Part shown: in pieces, positions 40,217 through 55,708 of the stretch
Layout of the letters: every line of letters begins with the position of its first letter
How positions within the stretch are numbered: position 1 is the stretch's first letter
NCBI GenBank assembly: GCA_963707215.1
Contig: CAVPPB010000001.1
Span: forward strand, 32,001 to 96,000
Source of the DNA: an uncultured Chloroflexia bacterium
GTDB taxonomy: Bacteria > Chloroflexota > Limnocylindria > Limnocylindrales > CSP1-4
DNA: 64,000 bases
Reading direction: 5' to 3'
Program-made: the position numbers and the translations under genes
Notes under the pieces: model-generated
Database searches by the model: none
What the model was told of the DNA's origin: nothing
What the model saw: the letters and a program-made list of their open reading frames with translations, nothing else

Positions 40217-42073
40217 CTAGAGGCGGACGATCCTGCCCTCGCCCCCGAACGGGTAGTCCGCTGCGCTCACGACGCCGCCGAGTCCCGCCTCCAGGAAGGC
40301 GGCCAGGGCCTGCTGGTAGGTGAAGCCGACGACCTCGAACGGCAGGCCCCGGAACGGGTACTGATCCCCGCCGCGGGCCAGGAAGTCGATCGTCGCCACG
40401 TCGATCGGATCGCCGGGCACGACCGCCCCGCCGGTCACGATGACGGTGCCATCGTCGAGCTGGACCTCCCGGACCCGGTCACCGGCCTGGGTGACGTTGC
40501 CGTCCAGGTCCAAGAGCTGCGGCGTCCCGGTCGGGTCGTACTGGACCGCGAAGCCGGCGATCTGGGCGAAGCGCCCGTCGACGAACTCCACGCGCGAGTA
40601 GGCGTTCTCCAGGATCTCCTTGAACTGCTCGCGTGGGACGTCCTCGACGATCGCGACGAAGTTCGGGAACGGCACCATCGAGAAGGTGTCGAGCTCGGTC
40701 AATGGTCCGGCCGGGATGATGTTGTTGTTCCGGATGCCGCCACCGTTCTGGAGCGCGACCTGCGGCGCGTCGACGCCGTAGTCGGGAGCGACCTCGGTGG
40801 CCTGCCAGAGCAACGAATCGGCGATCAGGTCGCCCTCGTTCGTCTCGGCGACCCGGACGCCGGCATCACCGGCCGCGCGGCGCCCGTCGAGATCGACCTC
40901 CGAGGTGGCGACGACGGTGGCAGCCAGCTCCTCGAGGCCGGCCGCAACGGGATCGACCACCATGGCCTGCATCGTCGGATCGGGCAGCACCGCATCGTCG
41001 CAGGGCATCGTGCCGCTGCAGTCGCCGGAGGCGACGCGGACGGGGCCGCTCCGATCCTGCTCGATCATGAGGACCTGGCCGTCCTGGTCGAAGCCGACGA
41101 CCAGCTGGCCGACGTACTTGTACTCGCCCGACGTCGTGACGACCGGGACCATGTCGCCATCCATGTCGGTGGCCATCATCGGGTAGCTGCCGTAGACGGA
41201 GCCCTCATCGCCAGGGATGAGGAGGTCGTCGCCGTCGGCCAGGAGCTCGTCACCGCCCCCGGCGATGATCACGTCGAGGCCGTCGACCATCCCGGCCAGG
41301 TCGACCTCATTCTCGATGCTCTGCAGGTGGCTGCTCAGGATGATCATCTCGACGCCCATTCCCTGGAGGTGATCGACCTGGGCCTGGACGATGGCGGCGA
41401 GATCGTCCGAGACCTCCACGTTTCGCGGCGACGAGATGAAGGGCAGATTCGGGGTCTCGAGTCCGATGACACCGATCAGCTCACCGCGCTCCCTGATGAC
41501 CGTCGCAGGCATGATCACGCCGGCATCGACGTAGGCCTGGAGACGAGGCTCGCCGCTGAAGTCGAGGTTGGCGCTCACATACGTCGGCGGGACCGCGTAG
41601 CCGTCGATGAAGTCGGCCAGGACGTCCGGCCCGAAGTCGAAGTCGTGGTTGCCGAGGTTGACCGCGTCGTAGCCGATGAGCTCCATCGCGATCGTGTCGT
41701 AGAACGGCACGCCGTGCTCGAGCCCGACGTTGAACTCGGGTCCGGCGAGGAAGTTGTCGCCGGACGAGATCATGACGACGCCGCGCTTGGCGCCGCGCTG
41801 CGGCCACGGGCCGTTCGTGGCATCCCAGCGCAGCTCATCGACGACCGTCTTGAAGCGCGCGGCACCGCCGAAGTCCTCGAGGCCGGGCCCGGCGTCGAGG
41901 ACCTGGGACTCACCATCGTTGTTGTGCAGGATCGTCAGCCACAGAGCCACCTTGGGCTCCGCCGCGGCGGCCGGACCGGCGAGCGCCCCGACGAGCAGGG
42001 CGACCGAGGCGAGCAGGGCGATGATCCGGGAGTGGAGAGCCGATCCGCCGATCGGCCCCGAGCGTGTCGACAT
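40217..42073 (-). CDS. Secreted bifunctional metallophosphatase/5'-nucleotidase
   Basis: LTILHNNDGES, SGDNF, LGNHDFDFG, DVIIAGG, ETNEGDLIAD, NGGGIR, PFPN and GGDQY motifs. Confidence 0.92.
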   Translation of the reverse strand: MSTRSGPIGGSALHSRIIALLASVALLVGALAGPAAAAEPKVALWLTILHNNDGESQVLDAGPGLEDFGGAARFKTVVDELRWDATNGPWPQRGAKRGVVMISSGDNFLAGPEFNVGLEHGVPFYDTIAMELIGYDAVNLGNHDFDFGPDVLADFIDGYAVPPTYVSANLDFSGEPRLQAYVDAGVIMPATVIRERGELIGVIGLETPNLPFISSPRNVEVSDDLAAIVQAQVDHLQGMGVEMIILSSHLQSIENEVDLAGMVDGLDVIIAGGGDELLADGDDLLIPGDEGSVYGSYPMMATDMDGDMVPVVTTSGEYKYVGQLVVGFDQDGQVLMIEQDRSGPVRVASGDCSGTMPCDDAVLPDPTMQAMVVDPVAAGLEELAATVVATSEVDLDGRRAAGDAGVRVAETNEGDLIADSLLWQATEVAPDYGVDAPQVALQNGGGIRNNNIIPAGPLTELDTFSMVPFPNFVAIVEDVPREQFKEILENAYSRVEFVDGRFAQIAGFAVQYDPTGTPQLLDLDGNVTQAGDRVREVQLDDGTVIVTGGAVVPGDPIDVATIDFLARGGDQYPFRGLPFEVVGFTYQQALAAFLEAGLGGVVSAADYPFGGEGRIVRL

Positions 42074-42273
42074 GGCGACCTCCGCGTGGGCACGGGCACA
42101 GGACGTGCGGGACGCTGGGGCCTCGATTCTACCGCCCGAGTCTTGTCCGGAGGCCCTTCGGCCCGGTCAGCGCGCCGCGACCGAGCCGATGCGGTGCGCC
42201 GACGCACCGCCGAACGACCGACCCGGGTCGCGCGATAGGCCGCCGATGAGGCGACCTCGTCACGATCGACCGC

Positions 42274-44172
42274 ATGACCATCCCTGCCGGCCTGCCACCG
42301 ACGGTCCGGGACCGACTCGGGTCGCTGGCCCCGGATCAGCGGGTGGCGGCCATGGCGCCGCCCGGGCCGGTCCTCTGCGTCGCCCCGGCCGGATCGGGCA
42401 AGACGACGACCATCGTCGCCCGGGTCGCCTGGCGGGTCGCCAGTGGCGCGGACCCGGCGTCCATCACGGCGATCGCCTTCAACCGCCGCGCGGCGGTCGA
42501 GCTCGGTGAGCGTCTCGATGGGGCCCTGGCCCCGCTCGGCTGCGCAGCGGGAGCCGTCAGGGTGCGGACCTTCCATGCGCTGGGCCTCGAGATCCTCCGC
42601 GACGCGGGGCGCGACGTCCGCGTCGTCGATCGTGCCGCCATCCTCCGACGCCTCCGGCCGACGGCGACCGCCGACGAGCTCGCCCGGCTCGACACAGCGA
42701 TCTCACGGCTCAAGGTCGAGCTGGGCGTCACCCTGTCCGACGTGGTCACCGATGAGGACCCGGGCGACCTCGGCCGCGCCTACGTCGAGTACCAGGCCAC
42801 GCTGGATGCGCTCGAGGTCGTCGACTTCGACGACCTGATCACCGAGGCTGGGCGGGCGCTCCAGACCGCACCCGATCTGCTCCGGCGGTGGCACGCGCGC
42901 TGCGCCGACCTGCTCGTTGACGAGGTCCAGGACCTCGACCGCGCCCAGCTGGAGCTGGCGAGATCGCTCGCCGGGGACCGCGGGAACATGTTCCTCGTCG
43001 GCGACGACGACCAGTCGATCTACGGCTGGCGGCTGGCAGACGTCCGCCGGCTCCTCGAGGTCGCGGCCGCTACTCCGGGCCTGGTCCGGGTCGACCTCGA
43101 GGTGAACTACCGCTGTCCGGCGCCGGTCGTCGAGCGAGCGGCCCGCCTCGTCGAACGGAACCGGGAGCGACTCGCGAAGCGGATCCGGCCGCGGTCCGGT
43201 GCGGTCGGCTGGCTTGCGCTCGTCGCGGACGGTCGTCCGGATCCCCTCCGACTCGGCGCCGTCCTGAGACAGCTCCCGACGGCTGGCGGTACCCAGGCGT
43301 TCCTGGCCCGTACGAACCGCGAGCTGCTGCCGGCCATCGTGACGGCCGTCGCCATGGAGCGACCGTTTCGCTGCGAGATCGCCCTGCCGATCGAGGATGA
43401 CTGGGTCGACGAGGTCATCGCGGGCCTCCGGACCGAGGCGTCGGTCGGGCCCCTGCTCCCACGGATCGACCGCGTTGCCCACCGGCTCCTCCAGGAGGCC
43501 GGGGAGGGGCCGCTGGCCGAGCCGGCCGATGACGATCGCAAGTGCTCTGGCGACGACCTCGACGCTGCGCCGCCGCCGCTCCATTCCCGCGAGGCGATCG
43601 GCCGATCGATCCTGGGCTGGGCCGCGGGCCTCTCTGACGTCGACGCACTCGCCGGATCGGTCGCCCGGATGCGGGCGCGACTCACCGCTCTCCGCCGCCC
43701 GGATGCGGCCCTCGTCCTCTCGACGGCCCATGCCACGAAGGGCCTCGAGTTCGACGACGTCATCGTGATCATGGACGAGGGTCGGTTTCCGTCGCCCCGC
43801 GCGATCGCCGGCTCGCTCGAGCCGGCTCGGGCGCTGGAGGAGGAGCGGCGTCTCGCCTACGTGGCGTGGACCCGCGCCCGGCGGTCGCTCACCCTCGTGT
43901 ACGACCCCTTGAGCCCGTCCTCGTTCCTGGCCGAGGCCTTCACCCCCGGCGAGCTCGGGATCCCGGTCGACGAACTCGCCCGAGGGCCGCCCGACCGCTC
44001 CCGCGGGTGCCCCACGGCGTCCCGGATACGTCACGGAACCGACTCGGGCGCGTCACCGATGAGCCATCGCCCGGTCATCCGAGGTCGTCACCGTGGGGCC
44101 CATGCCCGGCCGGACCGCCGGGACGGCGCAGGGCCCGCCCGAGCTGGCCTATCCAAGGAGGGATCGCGATGA
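42274..44172 (+). CDS. Compact UvrD/Rep-family SF1 helicase (last ~60 aa uncertain)
   Basis: APAGSGKTT, AFNRRAA, TFHALG, LLVDEVQD, VGDDDQSIYGWR, LEVNYR, LARTN, STAHATKGLEFD and EEERRLAYVAWTRAR motifs. Confidence 0.9.
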   Translation: MTIPAGLPPTVRDRLGSLAPDQRVAAMAPPGPVLCVAPAGSGKTTTIVARVAWRVASGADPASITAIAFNRRAAVELGERLDGALAPLGCAAGAVRVRTFHALGLEILRDAGRDVRVVDRAAILRRLRPTATADELARLDTAISRLKVELGVTLSDVVTDEDPGDLGRAYVEYQATLDALEVVDFDDLITEAGRALQTAPDLLRRWHARCADLLVDEVQDLDRAQLELARSLAGDRGNMFLVGDDDQSIYGWRLADVRRLLEVAAATPGLVRVDLEVNYRCPAPVVERAARLVERNRERLAKRIRPRSGAVGWLALVADGRPDPLRLGAVLRQLPTAGGTQAFLARTNRELLPAIVTAVAMERPFRCEIALPIEDDWVDEVIAGLRTEASVGPLLPRIDRVAHRLLQEAGEGPLAEPADDDRKCSGDDLDAAPPPLHSREAIGRSILGWAAGLSDVDALAGSVARMRARLTALRRPDAALVLSTAHATKGLEFDDVIVIMDEGRFPSPRAIAGSLEPARALEEERRLAYVAWTRARRSLTLVYDPLSPSSFLAEAFTPGELGIPVDELARGPPDRSRGCPTASRIRHGTDSGASPMSHRPVIRGRHRGAHARPDRRDGAGPARAGLSKEGSR

Positions 44173-44585
44173 TGCGACGACTCGGCCTGGCGCTCTCCGG
44201 GGCGCTCCTCATCTCCGCTTTCGCCGTCGGGACGACGGCCGCCGGAGGCCCGCCGCATGTCGGCTTCTACGTCGACGGTGCGCTCTACCGGACCATCGGC
44301 ACGCCGACCGACTTCTCGGGCACCGGCGCACCGGCCCACTCCTTCGACCGGATCTTCGCGCTGGGCGACGGCCTGACGAACGTCGCCGAGGCCAAGCCCG
44401 GCGATCGTGACTTCAACGGAGGCCGCTGGATGGTCATCCCGGTCGACTGGGCGGGCTACACCCCCACGCAGCTGACCTCGGCCGACGACCTGATCGCCCT
44501 CGAGGCCGCGGGCATGATCTCGTTCGGTGACCCGGTCAAGTACTTCGAGTGCCCGGTGATCCCGCTGCCCGGCAACCAGCGCTGA
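44169..44585 (+). CDS. Small secreted hypothetical protein
   Basis: AAGGAGG RBS, signal peptide MMRRLGLALSGALLISAFAVGTTAA, then GFYVDG, PGDRDFNGGRW and FECPVIP motifs. Confidence 0.75.
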   Translation: MMRRLGLALSGALLISAFAVGTTAAGGPPHVGFYVDGALYRTIGTPTDFSGTGAPAHSFDRIFALGDGLTNVAEAKPGDRDFNGGRWMVIPVDWAGYTPTQLTSADDLIALEAAGMISFGDPVKYFECPVIPLPGNQR

Positions 44586-44667
44586 CATCGCCCAGGACCA
44601 CCTTGCGTGGTCCCGGACGTCCCCACTGCGGGCCCGGCCGACCGGCCGGGCCCGCTAGCATGCCCAG

Positions 44668-45147
44668 ATGGCCAGACCACTCCCCTCCCTCGGTCCCCGC
44701 GGCGAGGGCTGGGTCGCGCTCCAGGTGGTCCTTCTCGTCGTCATCGCCTGGGCGGGCACGACCGGTCCCGCCTGGGATGGAGCCATCAGGATGGCGACCT
44801 CCGCCCTCGGGGCCGTGCTCCTGGCCGCGGGTGGGATCCTCGCCCTGCGCGGCCTCGTCGACCTCCGCGAGAACCTCACCCCGCTCCCCCACCCCCGGGC
44901 GAACGGTCGGCTCATCGCCCACGGCGCCTATCGGCTGGCGCGCCACCCCATCTACGGTGGCATCGTCATCGGCGCGCTCGGCTGGGGCCTGCTGACGGCC
45001 GCCCCGCTCGCGCTGGCCATGGCCGGGATCCTGATTGCCTTCTTCGACCTGAAGTCCCGGCGCGAGGAAGCCTGGCTCCTCGATCACTACCCGGGCTACG
45101 CGGAGTACCGGGCGACGACGCGTCGCCTCATCCCCTGGCTCTACTGA
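44668..45147 (+). CDS. Isoprenylcysteine carboxyl methyltransferase (ICMT/PEMT) family protein
   Basis: LTPLPHP, GAYRLARHPIYGG, REEAWL and YAEYRATTRRLIPW motifs. Confidence 0.9.
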   Translation: MARPLPSLGPRGEGWVALQVVLLVVIAWAGTTGPAWDGAIRMATSALGAVLLAAGGILALRGLVDLRENLTPLPHPRANGRLIAHGAYRLARHPIYGGIVIGALGWGLLTAAPLALAMAGILIAFFDLKSRREEAWLLDHYPGYAEYRATTRRLIPWLY

Positions 45148-45521
45148 GCCGACGGGCGGGCCGCCTCCCGGGCCAGGAGCCGCAGTAGCTGGTCGACGGC
45201 ATCGCGGAGGGGACCGGTGACCTCCGGCTCGAGGATCTCGAGGATGGAATCCTTCGGCCCGATGGCGGCACGGGTCCGCAGGGCGACGGCCCGCAGCTCC
45301 CCGATCGGGGCGTCGCGCAGCCCATCGGGGATCGGCTCGAGGTAGCGCTCCCACCGTCCGGCGCCGATCGCCCGGCAGGCGACGATCGTCCGGTCGACCG
45401 CCCTGGCCGCTTCGAGGGCCGCCGCGTCGATCTCCGGGCGCTCGTGGCGCGACGGACCGACGGTCGCCCGTCGGCCGCCGGTCGACGGGCTCACGGTGCG
45501 ACCCTCATGCGTCGCGGGCAC
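45141..45521 (-). CDS. Hypothetical protein (start uncertain, possibly GTG near 45494)
   Basis: Helical, protein-like C-terminal 90 aa (WERYLEPIPDGLRD...GPKDSI). It follows the DUF6941-like gene closely. Confidence 0.55.
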   Translation of the reverse strand: MPATHEGRTVSPSTGGRRATVGPSRHERPEIDAAALEAARAVDRTIVACRAIGAGRWERYLEPIPDGLRDAPIGELRAVALRTRAAIGPKDSILEILEPEVTGPLRDAVDQLLRLLAREAARPSAQ

Positions 45522-45943
45522 CTCCCGGCTGGTCGGGCGACTCGGCGCGCCGGACGATCTGCAGCGGCAATCGCTTGCGCTCCGAACCGTTGACCAGGAT
45601 CCGGACCGAGTAGTCGCCCGGCGTCGGGAAGGTCACGTTCCAGAGGTCGATCGAGAACGTCAGCAGGGTGTCCCGACCGTCCTGGCTGGCCATGCGCGAC
45701 GATCGAGCCGGTCGCGCCGGTGACCTCGCGGCCGTCCGGATCGAGGAGGACGAACCGGATCGCGTGTTCGTGATCCAGCTCGCTGGCGGTGACGATCAGG
45801 CCCACGACCAGGCACAGGTGCGGCTGGTGGAGCGGGAACGTCGGACCGCCGATCCGGTTGATCCCGCCGCCGAGGACGTGGAACTTCTGGCCGGGTACCG
45901 TCTCGGCGGCGTCGGCCAGGAAGGCGAAGTCGATCTCGGGCAT
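45505..45943 (-). CDS. DUF6941-like beta-sandwich protein (frameshift near 45690)
   Basis: MPEIDFAFLADAAETVPGQKFHVLGGG...VLLDPDG, continuing in a second frame as NVTFPTPGDYSVRILVNG. Confidence 0.65.
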
Positions 45944-46014
45944 GGCAGCATGGTACGCCGCCCCGACGATGGGTCGTCGGGGGCCACTCGGGCCCCCCGG
46001 ACGCCGGCGCGCCC

Positions 46015-46601
46015 TCAGGACGGGCCGCTCGACTCCCACTCGTCGCGGAGGATGGCCATCCGAAGCACGTCGTGGAACGTCGCCGGCCGAGTACATCGCC
46101 CGTCGAAGCGTCCCTTCGTGGACGAAGCCGACCTTCTCGTACGAGCGGATGGCCGGGTCGTTCTGGGCGACGACATCAAGCCAGATGCGCTCGAGGCGGA
46201 GCTCTTCGAAGCCCAGGTCCAGGATCGCCCGCATCGCATCGGTCCCCAGACCCTCGCCGCGAGCCTCGCCGAGGGCGATGCCGACCTGGGCCGACCCGTT
46301 GGGCTGGTCGATGTCCCCGAGCGCGACGGTGCCGATCGGTCGATCGTCCTGGCGCCGGCAGACCACGAAGTACCACATCTCGCGTGCCGTGACGCTCGAG
46401 CATCTGATCGAACCAGCGCTTCTCCTTGGCGAGCGAGAGCGGTGAGCGCGTCGCAAGGAAGCGAGCCGTCTCCGCGTCGCTGAGCCAGCGGACGAACCTG
46501 GGGATGTCGTCACGCTCGGCGGGTCGCAGGTAGACGCCACCGCTCGCGAGCATCGGGCGCTCGGGCGGCGCCCCCTCGACTACAGGCTCCTCGGCGGCCA
46601 T
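46015..46601 (-). CDS. RimJ/RimL-type GNAT acetyltransferase (two frameshifts near 46385 and 46085)
   Basis: VYLRPAERDD; then IGIALG-like segment, RGEGLGTDAM, LERIWLDV and NDPAIRSYEKVGFVHEG; then HDVLRMAILRDEW, spread over three frames. Confidence 0.85.
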
Positions 46602-46630
46602 GCCGTTCCCTCCTTCCGCCTGGCGACGGC

Positions 46631-49696
<3,066 letters not shown>

Positions 49697-49724
49697 GAAC
49701 GCATTCTACGCCGCCGACGGCCTA

Positions 49725-49740
49725 TCGCACACCTGTTCTA
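49725..49740. promoter_or_regulatory. LexA/SOS box (imperfect) over the uvrA -35 region
   Basis: TCGCAC-ACCT-GTTCTA. The -10 TAGAAT at 49703-49708 (minus) is 6 nt from the GTG start. Confidence 0.7.
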
Positions 49741-49782
49741 TTCCACGGGCCCGCACCCAGCGGAGTGGCGCGGGCGACGCCG

Positions 49783-50634
49783 TCACCGGGCGATGGGCGG
49801 TCCGGCCTCCACGCGGGCGAGCAGCTCGTCGACCGGGCCGCGCATCCCGGACAGGCTCTCGAGCCACCAGGTGGCGCCGGCCGCCTCGTAGCCGGCGGCG
49901 AGATCGGCGCCCTGTCGCCCTGCCTCGGAGAAGGCGAAGACCGCGACATCGAACGGCGCGCCCGCTCGACCGAGTCGCTCCCGCTCGGCATCGACGTCGG
50001 CGGCCATCCGGGCGAGCCCATCGGCGGGCAGGTCGATCGCCGAGCCGTCCTCGGTCACCGCGACGGCGATCCAGCCGTCGAGCCGGGCGGCCCGCCGGAG
50101 AGCGGCCGGCCGCATGCCGCCGAACCAGAGCGGCGGCCGTGGCTGCTGGATCGGCCGGGGTCCGACCGCGACGCCGTCGATGCGATAGGCGGGCCCCTCG
50201 TGGGTCACAGTCTCGCCGCGGAGGAAGGCGTCGACGAGACCGATGCCCTCGTCCATGGCCGCCAGCCGGGCCGACCGGTCGAACGACTCGCCGAAGGCCG
50301 TGAAGTCCTCGGGGTCGCCGCCGGCGCCGACCCCCAGGACCAGCCTCCCGCCGCTCAGACGATCGAGGGTCGCCGCCGCCTGGGCGACCAGGTGGGGACG
50401 GCGGCGGGGCAGGGCGACGACCGACAGGATCAGGGCGATCCGCTCGGTGGCGGACGCCACGGCGGCCAGCGCGACGAACGGGTCCGGCGCGACCGTGCCC
50501 ATCGAGACCCCGGTCGAATCCCAGGTGCTGAGGCCGTCCCAGCCGCTGGCCTCGGCGACCCGGGCGAGCCGTACGATCGTCACTGGGTCGGACAGCTCGT
50601 CGCCGAGCGGGGCGATGTCGATGGCGTAGCGCAT
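49783..50634 (-). CDS. LLM-class flavin-dependent oxidoreductase
   Basis: AEASGWDGL, DPFVALAAVA, ATLDRLSGGRLVLGVGAG, PRPPLWFGG and ARLDGW motifs. Confidence 0.9.
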   Translation of the reverse strand: MRYAIDIAPLGDELSDPVTIVRLARVAEASGWDGLSTWDSTGVSMGTVAPDPFVALAAVASATERIALILSVVALPRRRPHLVAQAAATLDRLSGGRLVLGVGAGGDPEDFTAFGESFDRSARLAAMDEGIGLVDAFLRGETVTHEGPAYRIDGVAVGPRPIQQPRPPLWFGGMRPAALRRAARLDGWIAVAVTEDGSAIDLPADGLARMAADVDAERERLGRAGAPFDVAVFAFSEAGRQGADLAAGYEAAGATWWLESLSGMRGPVDELLARVEAGPPIAR

Positions 50635-50638
50635 CGGC

Positions 50639-52999
<2,361 letters not shown>

Positions 53000-53030
53000 G
53001 GCCGGAGGATAGCACCGGCGCACGACCGGG

Positions 53031-53046
53031 TCGAACACCTGTTCGA
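53031..53046. promoter_or_regulatory. LexA/SOS box (perfect palindrome) between divergent uvrB and tadE
   Basis: TCGAAC-ACCT-GTTCGA matches the actinobacterial/Gram-positive GAAC-N4-GTTC consensus. It lies at the -35 position of the extended -10 TGcTATCCT (53006-53014, minus). Confidence 0.85.
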
Positions 53047-53175
53047 TGGCATGAGGACCGGACCGGTGACCGGATGGCGGGTCCAGGGTGGGACGACCGG
53101 GTCATACCCGACCCGTCGCGGCGTGTCGAGGATGGGCGGGACAGGGAAGCCAGCCCGGAGGTCGGTCGCGCCCGC

Positions 53176-53733
53176 ATGCGCCTCGTCGGTCGTCCATCGT
53201 CGCCCAGCGCTCGCGGTGCGGCCACGCACCGCGAAGGGGCCCGCGGTCAGAGCCTCGTCGAGTTCGCCCTGATCGTCACGCCGCTCTTCCTGCTGCTCCT
53301 CGCGGTCGTCCAGTTCGGCTTCATCTTCAACGCCTACGTCACGCTGACCAACGCGGCCCGGGAGGCCGCGAGGACGGGCACGATCGTCGTCTACGACCGG
53401 AACCTCTCGAAGGCCGCCAACGACCTGGTCCGCCACGAGGCCGTCCGCGACACGCTCGTCGGCTCGATGAACCTGCTGGGGACGAGCAGCCCACAGCTCG
53501 TCAACGGGTCGACCTGGACCCAGAGCGGGTCGACCTACACGAACGGCGACATCGTCATCTCCTACGAGCTCCCGGGCGGCATGCTCGAGAGCGACCCGCG
53601 GACCGGCCAGCGGCTGACCGTTCGGGCGACCTACCACCTCGACCTGATCGTCCCACTCATCTCGAACCTGCTGCCGAAGGACCTCGGCGGGCGCCTGGCG
53701 CTCCCGGCCGAGGTCACGATGGTCATCAACTGA
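53176..53733 (+). CDS. tadE: TadE-like minor pilin
   Basis: Prepilin motif RGQSLVEFALIVTPLFLLLLAVVQFG and LTNAAREAAR. Confidence 0.88.
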   Translation: MRLVGRPSSPSARGAATHREGARGQSLVEFALIVTPLFLLLLAVVQFGFIFNAYVTLTNAAREAARTGTIVVYDRNLSKAANDLVRHEAVRDTLVGSMNLLGTSSPQLVNGSTWTQSGSTYTNGDIVISYELPGGMLESDPRTGQRLTVRATYHLDLIVPLISNLLPKDLGGRLALPAEVTMVIN

Positions 53734-55650
53734 TGGCTACGCGCGGCAGCGGTCCGCGGGGTCAGGTCCTCGTCATCTTCGCCTTCGCCCTGGTGGGGCT
53801 GTTCGCGGCAGCCGGCATCGCCTTCGACATCGGGCGCTTCTACGCCGAGCAGCGCTTCCTCCAGAACGCCGCCGACGCGGCGGCGCTGGCGGCTGCCAAC
53901 GCGCTGATCCGCGGCGAGACCGTGACCTGCGCCGATGCGGAGGCACGGGCCGTCCTGGCCCGCAACTTCCGACGAGCCCGAACGCCAGCAGCCCGGCCCT
54001 GCCGCCGACCAGTCCCGTCTATCGTCCGGCAATGCGGGCGTCGCGACCGAGCTCGTCAACGGCATCCTCATCACCGGGTGCGGAGGTGCGGGTCGCCGTG
54101 CAGAGCACGTCCCCTACACCTTCGGGCGGATCGTCGGTCTCGTGGACAACACGATGATGGCCCGGGCCCGAACGCGAACCGACGGCGACCTGCTGCCGAT
54201 CGCGGTCCGCCGCTTCGTCAACATGCCGGGTCCCAACTCGGGCGCGTCTGCCCCCTGTCCCGCGAACCCGAACCACTTCGTCGACTTCTTCGCCACCGCG
54301 AACACCGCCTGCCTCGGGACGGATACCGATGGTGCGCTGCGAACGACGCCATCGCCTGGTTCGCCGTTCGACTCCACGACCCCGGGCAGCGACCCGACCA
54401 GCCACGGTCCGGTCATGACGATCCTGGGCCAGGGCGCTCAGCCGAGCAACGGCGCCGACTTCCGGGGGTTCGTCGCCCTCGACATCCGCAACTTCTCGAC
54501 GAGCACCTCCCAGCTCTACTACAACGGCGTCACCTCCGGTACCGGCCGCAACCAGCTCAAGGACATGGAGTCGGGCTGGATCCGGACCGGCTACCCGGGC
54601 CCGGCCTTCCCGCCGGCCATGACCCCACCAGACCCCAACGACCAGGTAGCCGTCATCAGCGGCAACGACACCGGCATCGCGATCGATGCCATGGCCGACC
54701 GCTACGTGCCGGGCGACGAGATCCTCGTCGCCGTCTACCCGGGCGTGGTCATGCAGATCCCCGACTTCTCGATCAGCCCGCCGGCAACGATCGACCTGCC
54801 CACCACCGGCACGGTCGGCGATGCCGGGACGTTCCGAGTGTCCCGCAACCAGGCCTTCAGCGGCACGGTCGCCCTCAGCACCGTCGCCGACCTCCTCGAC
54901 CCCGCCCATCCGATGGTCACCGGAGCGATGGACCCGGTGACGCCGATCGACTACGACCCGTCGCTCGTCACCCCGTCGATCGGGTCAGGGACGCCGGTGG
55001 GAATGGAAGACGTCACGACCACGGGAGCGACACCCGGCATCTACACCCTCTGGATCCGGGGCGAGGCCGGCAGCCCCTACCTGACCGTCAAGTTCACGCC
55101 CTTCGCCGTCAACGTCGGCGGGGTCGAGCGCGACTTCACGATCACCTCCTCGGTCGGCGAGCTGGAGGCGGCGAACGCCGGCGACGTCGTCACGACGACG
55201 CTGACCCTCAAGAAGTCCGGCTCCGGCAGCACCTTCGGCGGAACGGTGACGATGAGCCTGGACGGTCCGCTGCCGACCGGCCTCGGCACGGTCAGCTTCG
55301 GCGCGACCTCGGTGACGCCGACCGGCGGGACCGGCACCTCGACGACCCTGACCATCAACACGGGAACCGTGGCCCCGGGCGTGTACGACCTCGTCGTCCG
55401 GGCGACCGGCCTCAACGGTGACGCGACACCGCGCAAGGTCACCCACCTCCTGCCGCTGCGGCTGCGGGTCGGGGCGACCGGCTCCAGCGGCGGCAAGCCG
55501 TACGTCGACATCACCGGCTTCGCCGTCATGCGCGTCGCCTACGTCGACGCCAACCGCGTCGACGCCTACGCCATCAGCGGCGTCTACGCCGACCAGAACG
55601 ACCCAGCCCTCCGCCGCGGTCAGGTGGCCCGGCTGGTGCCCTGGAGCTAG
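53733..55650 (+). CDS. TadG-like tip pilin/adhesin with inserted Ig-like repeats (frameshifts at about 53930-54100)
   Basis: RGQVLVIFAFALVGLFAAAGIAFDIG...LQNAADAAALAAA (Tad N-terminus), continuing in the 53935-55650 frame with LLPIAV, ITGFAVMRV and VARLV. ATG overlaps the tadE stop. Confidence 0.8.
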
Positions 55651-55708
55651 CCGGTCGGGCACGGCATCACCCGCCCGGCGGACCCGGGCGACAACGGGAG
55701 GCACCTCC

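Noticed and set aside
45491-46540. Apparent GNAT-DUF6941 fusion ORF (349 aa)
   Set aside because: It arises from frameshifts. The GNAT ends at 46015 in another frame, and the downstream gene has its own -10 element and ATG at 45943.
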